A program made the position numbers and the translations under genes. DNA of 64,000 nt, taken from Callorhinchus milii. Its lineage: Eukaryota. Below are positions 63,689-64,000 of this stretch, piece by piece. Location: positions 116,872,001-116,936,000 of the forward strand of contig NW_024704742.1 in NCBI RefSeq assembly GCF_018977255.1. Reading direction: 5' to 3'. The notes beneath the pieces were generated by a model. It was not told where the DNA came from and did not search any database. It was given only the letters and a program-made list of their open reading frames with translations. How positions within the stretch are numbered: position 1 is the first letter of the stretch; every line of letters starts with the position of its first letter.

Positions 63689-64000
63689 GTGGAGTCTTGT
63701 AGATCAGTGGTAAGAGTACTCGCTTTGCAAGCAAGAGACCTGAGTTCGATTCTGAGCAAGGTGAAACCTTGGGCAAGTTTCCTTACTCCACACGCCTGAT
63801 AATAATCCCTCAAGAAAAAAAACAATAATAATTTGATCACTCAATCCATGACTGTTTGTGGGACACTGCTGTGTGAAATTGGCTGCCGTGTTTCGCCACA
63901 AATATACAGTCAATTCACTTTACAGTATATTCTGTGAAGCGCTTTGAGACGTCTAGAAGACGTGAAGACCCCTATATCAAATGCAAGGATTATTATTATT
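63689..64000 (+). mobile_element. Full-length tRNA-derived SINE (TAGAA-loop tail)
   Basis: Head, body, ACGTC-TAGAA-GACGT stem-loop and (ATT)n end. Confidence 0.9.

Overview
Eukaryotic, intron- and repeat-rich vertebrate DNA. The SINE/LINE content points to a cartilaginous fish, probably a chimaera; this is inference. The window holds a complete POLK gene (Y-family translesion DNA polymerase kappa, + strand). POLK has a CpG-rich promoter and non-coding first exon at about 6.8-7.2 kb, then 14 coding exons from 10249 to 40486. These splice in frame to 2916 nt (971 aa plus stop) with intact DMDAFY/SLDE catalytic motifs, a RIR, two UBZ fingers and PIP boxes. Downstream are the first 8 coding exons of ANKDD1B (44778 to beyond the window end), matching the POLK-ANKDD1B gene order known from mammals. 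The rest is mostly tRNA-derived SINEs, Deu-domain SINEs, L2 and CR1 LINE fragments, a hAT-like MITE, Penelope-like relics and an unclassified repeat. I found no convincing wholly new gene system. The best leads are: tandem AhR/XRE motifs in the POLK promoter; a SINE that appears to have replaced the branch point of a 33-nt POLK exon; a GC-AG intron; an inverted SINE-plus-flank duplication bracketing the promoter; a decayed hammerhead ribozyme; SINE tails carrying different L2-type recognition loops; an antisense exon candidate; and a two-state 3' hairpin. Comparisons with human proteins rely on recalled sequences and need alignment. Repeat boundaries are approximate.
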